From: Setoptus koraiensis
Lineage: Eukaryota; Animalia; Arthropoda
NCBI GenBank assembly: GCA_048013815.1
Contig: CM106586.1
Coordinates: 21,328,001-21,392,000, forward strand
Direction of reading: 5' to 3'
DNA: 64,000 nucleotides
In this document: one piece after another, positions 50,399 to 61,991 of the stretch
Layout of the letters: each line of letters starts with the position of its first letter
How positions within the stretch are numbered: position 1 is the first letter of the stretch
The notes under the pieces: model-generated
Databases searched by the model: none
What the model was told of the DNA's origin: nothing
Seen by the model: the letters and a program-made list of their open reading frames with translations, nothing else
Position numbers and translations under genes: made by a program

Positions 50399-50996
50399 TT
50401 TGTCGAGTCTGATCAAAAGTTGATGCTTCCACTATCGTGGGAAGCTGGTTTTGATCGAACTAAAGGTGGAATTCCGATGTTTGTAGATTGTGATGAAGAT
50501 ACGATGAAGATGACGATACCAACCCGAAGACAATCTTTGTGAGATCTTTGCTAGAGTTACAAAGCTTTTCGATGATCCTATGCAATTAGAATCTTATTTG
50601 TATGACCAATAAAAACTATTCAAACTCCTCACTTGTTGAGGATTCCCAAATTTGTCGCATTTGAACGACTTTCACTGTACCCCTTATGTTTGAGCAAGAA
50701 GCTACGCCAGTAACTTTGGCAATTGTTTAGTTTAATAAAAAGAAACACATCTTAAAATAACAAAAGAGTAATTGTAATAATAATGGTAATAAAATTGATA
50801 GTAATAATAATGATAATAATCGTTATACTATCATCTGGTATAAAGGCTACCACAAATAATTCTAAACTTTTCCCTCGTTTTAAAAGTTTCCAAAAGAATA
50901 TTCATCTTATGATCATTGTTAATTGAATGCGTATCTATGTAAAATCTAGAGCGCTTAAATGATCGCAATGAGGAAACCCCTGGATTTGAAGAAACT

Positions 50997-52964
50997 TCAC
51001 TCTGGTTCTGTTGTCAATCTAACAATTTCTTTTTTGAGCTTCTCGTTTTCGCAAACAACGGCTGCATATTTTTGCTCTAGGTCCTCTACGTATTCCTTCT
51101 TGCGCTGTCTAGAACATTGGGCCGATCTTTTGTTGCGAATCTTCCGTCGAATCTTTCTCAAGATGCGTTCTTCTGATTTACTAAGTGGAGATTCGTGGCA
51201 AGACATGGGAAAATCAGTATATCCCTCTTTAACTAGAAGTCTCTTTTCCTCTTCTGTCAAGACAAAATCTGTTATATGTCGGCATCTTGTCTGGCGCACT
51301 TTTGCAACAGGAGCTCCGTTAGCACCATTATTGTTGTTGCCACTGATATTGCTATTTAGCGATGAGTGAATTTTTTTATGACTTCCACTTAAACCGGCGT
51401 GTTGATTTTTACCCAACGGACCTAATGAACGATGATGATGATGTTTAGCAGAGATGATCAGGGATGCTGGAATTGGTGATACCAGCGATGCGGTAGGTGA
51501 AGAGGCAGCCGTTGACAACGAAGAAGACATCGACATGGGCGAATAAGATAAAGGTGAAGTGCATGAAATGTTCAGATTATTTTTTTTAAATGTGCCCCCT
51601 TTGCTACTGTTGTTATTGGTGTTGCCAATAATTGTCCCCAAATTGTTGTTGTTATTATTATTATTGTTGGTGCCAAGGTTTCCATTTGTGCAGTTATTTT
51701 GTACTCCAAGTGGAGTATCTGGTTGAAATTGATGATGTAATCTAGCTACCTGGCGTATAATTTTACTATTGTATGCGGATAAGGGTTGGAAGGCACCATC
51801 ATCGTCATCATCGTCATCGTCGTCATCATCATTATGATGATTATTATTATTACTGTTCGTATAGGAGTTATTATGATGACCTTGATTACTCAAACTATGG
51901 TTCTGGTGGTGATTATTATGGCGAGACGCATTATTATTAATAGTTGTGGATTGATTCAATTGAGTAGAGTTAATGTTAGAGTTGTTGTTGAGCCTATGTC
52001 TAGATACATTATTATTATGTTCGTTATTAGTAATGCTGGAATTACTATTGTTGGTGCTGCCGTTGTTGTTGTTGGCGGCTGTGTCATACAAAAATTGAGA
52101 TACATTCTTGTTTTGACTGTCAGTAGCATTTTGTTGCAATTGTAAACTGTTATTATTAACATTGTTGTTGTTGCTATTGCTGTTGTTGTTGTATCTATTG
52201 TTGCTGATGGCCAATTCATTGTTGCTGGCTATATAAATAGCTATAGATTCTTTATTGTTTGCATTGTCCAAATGAAAATTGATCTCTTGGTTGTCGCAAA
52301 ATGTGAAGGCATCGTGACCTCTATTATGCATTTGCGGCGGCGATGTTGGACTGCTTTTAACATTAATTTCTATTTCATTAGTGATATTATCATCGTTGGT
52401 AATGTTCTCGCTGCTATTATCATATTGCTGTTGTTGGTTGTTGCTGCTAATGGCGTCTGTTATAAACGGAAAAGAGCCACTACCGCGACGATTGTTGTTT
52501 CCTACGTGCTGCACTTGACCGTTGTTAGATAACTGCTGGTGCTGTTGTTGTTGTTGTTGCTGTTGCTGGTGACACTGCATTATGTGCGGTTGTTGCTGAA
52601 TGTGATGCTGATGATAGAGTTGATGATTTTGATCATGTTGAGTTGCATAATGGTTATTTATTGCATTCAAGTCGTCACAATTGATAAAAGATGACTCGGA
52701 CGATGCCGACGAATTTTGTCTATCGTTTGTGTGAGACAATTGCGCCGGATTGTAGATATAACTATCTATGTTGATAAGATCATCAAAGGTAATAACCTGG
52801 CCCACGCTGGATTGTGACGAGCCGGTAACCGGATTATCGTGAATATAGTTGCCGTTGCCGATAGTGGAGTTGACAATGGCGTCCAATTGCTCGATGTCGG
52901 GCATGTCCAGATAATTGGCGCTATTGCTTAAGAGGGGCATCTTCATAATGTTGATATTGTCCAT
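50997..52964 (-). CDS. CREB3/CrebA (OASIS/Luman)-family bZIP transcription factor, 655 aa, intronless CDS, no TM segment
   Basis: Family-diagnostic adjacent-to-basic region VLTEEEKRLLVKEGY...PLSKSEERILRKIRRKIRNKRSAQCSRQRKKEYVEDLE. The long N-terminal region is N/Q/H/D-rich. Confidence 0.88.
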   Translation of the reverse strand: MDNINIMKMPLLSNSANYLDMPDIEQLDAIVNSTIGNGNYIHDNPVTGSSQSSVGQVITFDDLINIDSYIYNPAQLSHTNDRQNSSASSESSFINCDDLNAINNHYATQHDQNHQLYHQHHIQQQPHIMQCHQQQQQQQQQHQQLSNNGQVQHVGNNNRRGSGSFPFITDAISSNNQQQQYDNSSENITNDDNITNEIEINVKSSPTSPPQMHNRGHDAFTFCDNQEINFHLDNANNKESIAIYIASNNELAISNNRYNNNSNSNNNNVNNNSLQLQQNATDSQNKNVSQFLYDTAANNNNGSTNNSNSSITNNEHNNNVSRHRLNNNSNINSTQLNQSTTINNNASRHNNHHQNHSLSNQGHHNNSYTNSNNNNHHNDDDDDDDDDDDGAFQPLSAYNSKIIRQVARLHHQFQPDTPLGVQNNCTNGNLGTNNNNNNNNNLGTIIGNTNNNSSKGGTFKKNNLNISCTSPLSYSPMSMSSSLSTAASSPTASLVSPIPASLIISAKHHHHRSLGPLGKNQHAGLSGSHKKIHSSLNSNISGNNNNGANGAPVAKVRQTRCRHITDFVLTEEEKRLLVKEGYTDFPMSCHESPLSKSEERILRKIRRKIRNKRSAQCSRQRKKEYVEDLEQKYAAVVCENEKLKKEIVRLTTEPE

Positions 52965-53880
52965 CAGTGTGTTGTTGTTGTTTGGCAGATGCTGATGATT
53001 GGCGCATAGAGGCTCGCTGCTTCTGTCGCTGCTTCTGTCGCTGCTTCTGTCGCTGCTTCTGTTGCTGCTGCTGGTCCGGTTGAGGCCCGGGTGGCTCGTG
53101 CTTGGCGACTAAAATGTGTGTAACTCTTGAATTGGTTGGTTTCTGTAAATAAAACAATTGCTGCTAATTAATAATCGATGTCAATCGACAATCGCCGCCT
53201 ATCGATGATTGATGATAATTAATAATTGATGATAATTGATAATTGATGATAATTGATAATTGATGATAACTGATAATTGACAATAATTGGCCCTAACCGC
53301 TAATCAATAACGACGATCAACTGGTGTGACTGAAATGCATTCGATTGCTGACTGGTGCTCGATGGGCGCACTTAATCCATCGCTCGCCCAACTCACTGGC
53401 CTCTCGTGCTGGGATAGTTCGACAATTGTGTTGGGCGATTGTTCGCCGATTGTGTGCTGGCGTCTGGTGCAAAAAGTTCGATCCGCTTCCGTGTGCCCTC
53501 TGTGAGTGTCTGTGCGTGTGTGTCGCGCATATATTACACATGTATCACCGTGTGTGTGTGTAAGTCGTGTCTCGAGACGCTCTCTCTCTCTCTCTCGCTC
53601 GCTTGCTCACAATGTGTGTCTTCTATATGTGGGTGCGCAAAACGGCCAATTGCACGATTTCACGCGCATAGAGCCCGCTTCTACTCCTATGCTTCTAGTT
53701 TGTCAATTCTAGTTCGGCGCTTCTGGTCGTAGTTGTGCGCTCAGTTGTGCGCTTTGGTGCTTCTAGTTCGACGGTGCTGCCTCTCGGGACGCTGCCTGTA
53801 ACCGGCTCCTCTCGCTGTCTGGGGAATGGGCGCTCTGGTTCGCTCGGTGCTGCTCTGCTCACTTGTTGAATGTTGCACTC

Positions 53881-56880
53881 GCTCGCGAGGTGCACGCGTG
53901 CACAGTGGCGCTCACTTGCTGCCGGGCTGATGGGTGACTACTGTTGCTGCTGCCGCTAGTTGAGTAGCTCGCTCAAGCTGCATTTGGCCGCTGCAGGATC
54001 AATTGTATACAACGGGCCACTGTTCAAAATATGCTGCAAAATATACACAGGGTGGCTGTGCCAAGGGCAAGGGTTGGCCGAATTGCTTGTGTGCGGCTAA
54101 GGGGATTAGAGGCGATCAAATCAAATCCAATAATATGCCGTCAATACACGACGAAATTGCTGCTCTGTCTATAGTGTCCCTACTGTCTGCTCTACTCCAA
54201 TGTGCTGCGTGTGTGTGTATGTGTGCTCTGCTGCCGATGCCTCACTCTGACACGATCATCACTCCAGTAATCGCTACGTTACGGCAGCAGCGCCAGCAGC
54301 CATCATGATACAAACAAGCGCTGGCCGTTCGCAGCCACCGACTAAACTGTGCTAATGCTGCCTCACCAGCATATTATGCTGAGCATAAGCGCTATCATGT
54401 AATGTTATGTTATGTTGAGTCGCGTTATGCTGTGCTGCTATTGGCCGACTTGCAAAGTCCAATAGCAGTTACAGCGGCAACAGCTTGTTGTATCATAAAT
54501 GCCCGATCGACTCAAATGTGTCAGAGACAGCCAGGCTCAACTCGCTGGCATTCATACATGCGCTGAGACCGCAACGGCGTGCTCCACAAGCACATAATAA
54601 AACATGCCAATCCAAAACATGACATATCCAGCGTAGCAGCAGGCCCTAAAACGGTCTGCCCTGCTGTTGAAAGCTCGAATGGGTAAATAGATATACGAAT
54701 ATATGGATATATGGATATAGAGCACTCACAAGTGCAAGTGTTGCAGTAGGCCGCCAACAACAGCAAGCCATTGGCAATGCGACAGAGCTGACAGAAGGAG
54801 AGATATGTAACGACAGAGCGTAGAAGTGGCCCACATGTTGCACTTGCTGTGCAACCACCAACTATGTCAGTGTGTGCGCCGCGAACAAGCTCACGAGCTC
54901 GCCGGCGACAGCAAGCCCTCGGGCATGCGAGCCTAGCTACCTCATCCGGATAGCTTACAATGTTGCTGATGCATGAATACATTGCGCTTGCACATAAGCA
55001 CGTTGCACCGACCCGACGCACAGAATGTGCGTTGCGCAACAAGTGCGCGCTGCTGTGCGGCCCTCAGTTGACACTCAGCTGACTGCGAGTGTCTGGTGCA
55101 CATGGCACCATGCCTAGTGATGTTATGTGGCAGACAGAGGCCGTTTGACAGTGCATCTGATAATTGATAGTGTTGCCTTTCCATTTAATTTAAATTTCGG
55201 CCGCTTGCAACGCACCGCACTGGTCACCATACCAGCATAAGTTGTTATGTAATGCTCGCAGACTGTGGCACACACACAAATCACTTTACCATTATCTGTC
55301 TAGATTATAGATCTGGCAGCTTCATCACGGTGCCAGTCGACTAGCGTTGGCTAATTCCGATTCCGATTCAGTGAGAGTCGGGATGTCCGCATACTCTCGC
55401 TCTCGTGGTGCGCGCGTGCACAATGGCGCTCACTTGCTGCTGCTAATTGAGTAGCTCGCTCAAGCTGCATTTGGCCGCTGCAGGACCAATTGTACAACGG
55501 GCCACTGTTCAAAATATGCTGCAAAATATACACAGGGTGGCTGTGCCAAGGGCAAGGGTTGGCCGAATTGCTTGTAGGCGGCGGAAGGGGATTAGAGGCG
55601 ATCAAATCAAATCCAATAATGTGCCGTCAATACACGACGAAAATGCTGCTCTGTCTATAATGTCCCTACTGTCTGCTCTACTTCAACGCGCTGCGAGTGT
55701 GTGTGTGTGTGTGTTTGCTCTGCTGCCGATGCCTCACTCTGACGCGATCATCACTCCAGTAATCGCTACGCTATGGCGGCAGCGCCAGCAGCCATCATGA
55801 TACAAACAAGCGCTGGCCGTTCGCAGCCACCGACTAAACTGTGCTAATGCTGCCTCACCGGCATATTATGCTGAGCATAAGCGCTCTCATGAAATGTTAT
55901 GTTACGTTAAGTTGCATTTTGCTGTGCTGCTGATGGCCGACTTGCAAAGTCTGATAGCAGTTAGCGGCAACAGCTTGTTGTATCATCAATGCCCGATCGA
56001 CTCAAATGTGTCAGAGACAGCCAGGCTCAACTCGCTGGCATTCATACATGCGCTGAGACCGCAACGGCGTGCTCCACAAGCACAAAATAAAACATGCCAA
56101 TCCATAACATGACATATCCACCGTAGCAGCAGGCCCTAAAACGGTCTGCCCTGCTGTTGCATGCTCGAATGGGTGAATAGATATACGGATATATGGATAT
56201 AGAGCACTCACAAGTGCAAGTGTTGCAGTAGGCCGCCAACAACAGCAAGCCATTGGCAATGCGACAGAGCTGACAGAAGAAGAGATATATAACGACAGAG
56301 CATGGAAGTGGCCCAATCAACATGCTGCACTTGCCGTGCAACCACCAACTATGCCGCGAACAATCTCATAAGCTCACAAGCTCGCCAGTGACAACAAGCC
56401 TTTGGGCATGCGAGCCTAGCTACCTCATTCGGATAGCTTACAATGTTGCTAATGCATGAATACATTGCGCTTGCGAATACGCACGTTGCCGCACCGACCA
56501 GGCGTTGCGCAACAAGTGCACGCTGCTGTGCGGCCCTCAGTTGACACTCAGCTGACTGCGAGTGTCTGGTGCACATGGCACCATGCAGCATGGTCCATGC
56601 CTAGTGGCCGACAGAGGCTGTTTGACAGTGCATCTGATAATTGATAGTTTTGCCTTTCCATTTAATTTGAATTTCGGCCGCTTGCAACGCACCGCACTGG
56701 TCACCATACCAGCATAAGTTGTTATGTAATGCTCGCAGACTGTGGCACACACACACAAATCACTTTACCATTATCTATCTAGATTATAGATCTGGCAGCT
56801 TCATCACGGTGCCACTCGGCTAGCGTTGGCTAATTCCGATTCCGATTCAGTGAGAGTCGGGATGTCCGCATACTCTCGCT
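53881..56880. repeat. Non-coding tandem duplication, units ~53881-55400 and ~55401-56880
   Basis: Both units begin near gtgcRcgcgtgcacaRtggcgctcacttgctgc and end gggatgtccgcatactctcgct. They are colinear and roughly 90% identical by eye, with indels. Confidence 0.9.
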
Positions 56881-58678
56881 CTAGCTTGCACACTCGCTAG
56901 CCATGCCTCACGAGCCGTGCGTTGCCCCAACAAGAGTGTCTGGCAAACAGTGTCTGGCGGCTGTCCAGCGCTGGTGTCCGGCCTGCAAACAGACGACGCT
57001 GGCTCATGATGGCGCATAATGTCGTATGGACATGATTTCAATTGGTGAATTCATTAACGATCAATGACATTTGTTGGCCAATGCTAAACTCATTATCAAT
57101 CGAACAAAGCTCACCGATATATTGAGAGCCGCACGACATGAGCCATATATTTATACATTAATAATGAGTATATTAATGTGTGGCGGTGCATCCTGACAGC
57201 ACAATCTTTACTGGCATCTAGTCTACGCTACACACGTTTTTATTAAACGTTACATAAGCAGCGCTACGTAATGTAGCACTGCTTATGTAACTTGATGATG
57301 AGGTTGCTGGCCAGTTGCGCACTAATCATCTCATCATTCCGCTGGACGTAACGACCAGGGCAAAGTTGAGCGCCGCTAGTTGCTGCAATAAATTCGTCTG
57401 TTATGTCACTGATTGCAGCCGAACTGATTGCAATCACCGTTCGACGCAGAATAGATAAATAGATAGATTTGCATTTAGATAGTAATATATTATTATCATC
57501 TAAATGCTGTGTGCAAATAAACAAATATTGGCCATTGGCTGGCATGCTGGTGCCTGACATTGGCCAGTGGTATATAATGTGTAACGCAGCATACTACAAA
57601 GCTAATGCTTCTTTCCGGCAATGGCCCACCCGCTCAACTTGCATCATTATGCCGTATTACGCAACCTGTATGCCCTCACAAATGCTCGCTATCGCGCTGC
57701 ATCAGTGTGATCAGTGTCTCGTGGTGTCTAGCAGTGACTCTAATCACACTGTTCTGTCCACACTGCTCTAACAATTGCACTTGTACGCTGCTTGCATGAT
57801 ACAATTCGATTCACCTGTTTATGTTTGCTGTATCAACAGTGTATGAGTGTGTGTGTTTGTCCGTTGCATTTTTGTTTATTGCCGTTTCAAGGCCACTCCA
57901 TAACTCAGGTCAGACCAGACAGACAAACCGACCGACTCTTCCTAGAACCTAGCGACACAAACAAATTGGTAGACAAACACAAGACCACGTGCTAGTGCCA
58001 GTTAACATGTCGGTTATTTTTAGTAGCTGGCTGGCTGCAGTTTCAGACACACACATTCCCTCTTTCGCTGATCGCCTCTCTTAGCAGACAGAACGAGCTC
58101 ATTACCTGTTTATAGTGTGTGCTTCATTGGCGATGATTCGTGTGCTTATGTGGCGCTGCTGTTGTTTGTTTCTTTGTCAGTGTTTGTTTGTGTCAACATT
58201 GTGCTACAATGATTGTTGTCGCTCCTATACAAACACTCGTAAAATACACACTTTCTTTTTGAGCGACATCAACTCGTTGCTGTTGCTGCAGCAGCCTGAC
58301 ACACATTCGTTGTTCTCTCTTTCTCTCTGACTCGTTTATCAGTCGACATCAACGCTAGTCATGTATCAACTTGTCACCTTTAACGTCGCCCATAACCTCG
58401 CACAGCCGATATATAGCCTCATATACCTGTTGATAGTGTTTGCAATACAGCACAGTAAGTGCAGCGTGTGTAGTTACGGTGAGCCAGTGATTGAGAGACG
58501 CCAATTATGAGACGATAAATGCAACGAACGATAATTACTGATAAATGTCTCGCTTTTTATGTGTGTGCGTGTGTGTGTTTATAGTCAAACCGTTTCACGT
58601 TTGTTCAATTCAACTCATCGCTCACGAGCTGCCATAATAATCGCTAGCAAGTAGTTATGTAATAGTAGCGAAAGTCTA

Positions 58679-59178
58679 NNNNNNNNNNNNNNNNNNNNNN
58701 NNNNNNNNNNNNNNNNNNNNNNNNNNNNNNNNNNNNNNNNNNNNNNNNNNNNNNNNNNNNNNNNNNNNNNNNNNNNNNNNNNNNNNNNNNNNNNNNNNNN
58801 NNNNNNNNNNNNNNNNNNNNNNNNNNNNNNNNNNNNNNNNNNNNNNNNNNNNNNNNNNNNNNNNNNNNNNNNNNNNNNNNNNNNNNNNNNNNNNNNNNNN
58901 NNNNNNNNNNNNNNNNNNNNNNNNNNNNNNNNNNNNNNNNNNNNNNNNNNNNNNNNNNNNNNNNNNNNNNNNNNNNNNNNNNNNNNNNNNNNNNNNNNNN
59001 NNNNNNNNNNNNNNNNNNNNNNNNNNNNNNNNNNNNNNNNNNNNNNNNNNNNNNNNNNNNNNNNNNNNNNNNNNNNNNNNNNNNNNNNNNNNNNNNNNNN
59101 NNNNNNNNNNNNNNNNNNNNNNNNNNNNNNNNNNNNNNNNNNNNNNNNNNNNNNNNNNNNNNNNNNNNNNNNNNNNNN
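58679..59178. other. Assembly gap (500 N), followed by a (TC)n tract at 59181-59232
   Basis: Run of N; flanking dinucleotide microsatellite. Confidence 0.99.
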
Positions 59179-59235
<57 letters not shown>

Positions 59236-59272
59236 ATGAACGGGACATGTCTGTATCTTTCATCTCAAGACA

Positions 59273-59457
59273 GACAGTGTAGTCCTAGAATAATGGGTCA
59301 GTGTTGTCCCAGATTAATGAGACAGTGTTGTCTCAGAACAGTTGGACAGTTGTTTATTTTCATTTATTCACCTCATTTTCAGACATACACCCTTGATGCT
59401 GAGTTTTTATCTTTTATTTCAAGACGGACAGTATTGTCCTAGAACAATTGGACAGTT
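59273..59457. repeat. 24-bp degenerate repeats (GACAGTGTTGTCCTAGAACAATTG-like), possible transposon subterminal repeats
   Basis: Units at 59273, 59297, 59321 and 59345 (partial), with another copy near 59425. Confidence 0.6.
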
Positions 59458-59586
59458 AAAACTTTTATATAAGATAGACATTATTATCCTTGATAAACGG
59501 ACATTATTCTATTTATATTCTTTAGATGAACAGGGCTTTCAATTTAAAATGTTTTGAGATTTTGTTATACTGTCCAACAGACAGCG

Positions 59587-60416
59587 TTAACGATCAAATA
59601 TAAATTTTGGACTGTATGGGTTTGTCTCTATTGCGGACATCAAACAAAGTTCGATCTCTTTGTGAGCACACCATTCCTGGGAGTCACGCTTTTTCATCAC
59701 TGTGCAAGTTAGTGAAGAACGTGTCGCTGAAAAATCCACACCGTACCTGTCAAGGAGAGATCGGTCAATGATATTTGCATCTTCCTGTTTCAATATCCAA
59801 TTTTGATGACAAACATAGAAACAGGCGATGAATGTCGAGTTCGCCGGTTTTAAGATCATAAATATGACATGTCCCTGGAATACTATTGGCTGTATCTATG
59901 TTTTGAATAGGTAGTCGACAGGTAGAATAAACACGTCTTTCGACTCTATATTGTCGTCGAGACTTATCGCATCCGCGAGATGTGCCTCACAATTCCTCAG
60001 ACGCTCATTCATTGATTCCTTGAAGTCAGAGTAGTATGGATCGAATCTTTTTCGATCGAAACAAGGAGATGGCGTCCTGGGCATAAATAGTCCAAAATGA
60101 CTCAAATCTGGATGATGTGTGAAAATATGAGGATTATCGAATCCGTGCTTTCTTGAAGGTCGGAATGTCGTAAATGATCCGTTGCTTGCTGAGCGGAGAT
60201 AATAAATATCTTCCGGCGATCTCCAGTCCTTTTTCAAAAGAGAGATAATGATTGAATGCAATCTCTTTTTATGAGTGTGAAATGGGATCATAAAATTAAT
60301 TAGAGGAACTTTCGATCCTGCTCGTCACTTTTGTCTGATTTTTCAGCTGTTTCTGTATCCATCCTGATCAGGGATCCTACATCTCTTTTATAAGAACTCC
60401 TCAAGGTTCGTTTCAT
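59587..60416 (-). pseudogene. Disrupted ORF, possibly Ulp1/C48-like cysteine protease of transposon origin
   Basis: Track ORFs 59896-60291 and 59587-59859 share one frame, separated by a single TAG (..KDVFILPVDYLFKT*IQPIVFQGHVIFMILKP..). An upstream ATG at 60416 is in a shifted frame. The D-V-F-I-L-P-V ... H-hydrophobic strand ... DSQEWCA layout loosely resembles C48 proteases. Confidence 0.35.
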
Positions 60417-60673
60417 ATTTTCGGAATAATAATAACATTTTTTCAATGATTGTATTTAAAAATATAAATAATAGATGTAATATAATATAATGATATTTTG
60501 TGACATGGAATTGGTTGAATGATAAGAGACTGAACGGTTAATAGCTGCCAATTATACACAACTAATCACGATATTTGAAGGCGCGATATTTGAAAGAGTT
60601 TGGCGTTGGACAATACAGTCTTAGCAACGGTTGGCTAACAAAAGGTCAATAATTCACCTTTGCACGAAATACG

Positions 60674-60954
60674 CGACGGCACCACAGGACGATAGCTCAC
60701 AGAGCGATATTGGGGCTGGCCTAGTTTTTCGTTCAATCGCTCAGATAGGCCAGGTGAGTAAGCTCGGAGGCAACCATGAAAGGAGCCCGTATCCGAGTAA
60801 ACTTTGTCAAGTAGATCAATGGGAGTAAAATTTGCCCAGGCGATGAGCACTGGTATTGTTGTTTATAATAATAATATCAGTAGTAGTAATAGTACTAGGT
60901 GGAGAAAAGAAACATAATTAGAAGGAAGTGTGATTGAAGGACAATGGATAAAGT
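60674..60954 (-). pseudogene. Duplicated fragment of the NRF-6 gene (most of intron 1 + start of exon 2)
   Basis: Aligns to 18394-18679. I counted 14 differences in 177 exon-part nt (~92%), and the alignment continues ~100 nt into the intron. Substitutions are mostly non-synonymous, including QYC>QYR. Confidence 0.92.
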
Positions 60955-61066
60955 TTTCAACTCACAAATGGTGGAGCAACCCATGAGTGAGGTTCCCTCC
61001 TTTTCGCTGCGCCACGGGTTTTCTCTGATGCGCCATGGGTGGACCCAAGGGCAGGCATTCACCAAC

Positions 61067-61271
61067 GGGTCTGGGTCGGAATCTCGACAGTACAAAATCT
61101 CGACAGTGCGAAATCTCGACAAAATTTTATTCAAACAGCGCCTCTGTAATCGCATCTCGTGACACACAAGATGTGACTAGCAGATGATACTTGTGACTAT
61201 TTTCTAACAATTGGTGTAGATATGTCAATGGTAATATGTCAATACTCCCTCTGGGCCAGAAGATATCAATA
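61067..61271 (+). mobile_element. Second copy of the Mutator-like left end seen at 46775
   Basis: Starts GGGTCTGGGTCGGAATCTCGAC. Near-identical to 46775-46956 over ~170 bp, apart from an extra ~14-bp terminal repeat unit and a small duplication. Confidence 0.85.
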
Positions 61272-61573
61272 CCACCATACCATAAGTCCTCTATAACCAA
61301 CTGGGGCGCCCACTAGACAGCGCCACCATCGCCAATTGTGTCTATATGAGAGTTATTGCGCGTGTGCTATCTATGCAAATGGTGCGCGCGCACATGGCGA
61401 AGCTCGATTATCCGGCGAAATAATTTCTTTTCGAGCATGGTCGACGCTATCGGTCGTCATTCGAGGGGCCCGAAATGTTTTCTCAGTTGCTGTTGGACGC
61501 GCAGTCACTTTCAGTCGCTAAAATACGATTTGTTGTTCGTGTCGTCGCAAGATATTACACACCAACACCAACA

Positions 61574-61991
61574 ATGCAAACAACACCAAATGGCGGCCCG
61601 AAGGCGCCTCCATTAGTCATTAGCGCAGCGGTAGTTATAATAGTGCTAATTGGAGCAGTCAGCGGCCACCAACACAATGTAAGTGATAACGCCATTACCA
61701 GTGCTCATCATGAACAACAAAAACAACAACAACACCAACAACACAGCAAACACACGCTGCTCGCTGCTAAACATCCGCTCTCCCGGCAAGATCATGTGGT
61801 CGCCAATAATGCCAATAATGCCAATGACACCAATGACATCAGCGATACCAGCAATGCCAGCGATATAAACGATACCAGCAACGCCAGACCGGCCAGAAGA
61901 CGCCGAAGGCGCGCTCTGGCCGAGTCAGGCGGATACGGCAACGGTCAGTCGCTGCCAGCGGCCAGTCTCAGTTTCGAGGCCGCATTTCAGG
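61574..61991 (+). CDS. Probable first coding exon of a secreted/extracellular protein with a polybasic convertase site
   Basis: ATG at 61574; hydrophobic segment LVISAAVVIIVLIGAVSG; low-complexity linker; RRRRRR|ALAE; ends SFEAAFQ-G|GTGAGT (strong phase-1 donor). No downstream exon recognised in the window. Confidence 0.6.

Larger units (their letters stand above)
48036..50679 (+). mobile_element. Degenerate pogo/Tigger (DDE_1) transposon remnant interrupted by the MULE
   Basis: VIGHHGKPRCF...LPVDYNWNTDAWMTREIY...LIADNFSGH...VFSPPNTISRVQPLDQGVMSAFKRNY. Homology resumes across the TSD (DSLKWVCRV*SKVDASTIVGSW). Right TIR ...TTGAACGACTTTCACTG ends at 50677 followed by TA. Confidence 0.8.

Noticed and set aside
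54003-55800. Paired ORFs 54003-54308 and 55447-55800 in the tandem duplication
   Set aside because: The copies differ by a frameshift and almost only non-synonymous changes, as expected for non-coding DNA.
58676-59263. 195-aa track ORF
   Set aside because: Artefact of the (GA)n tract plus the N gap.
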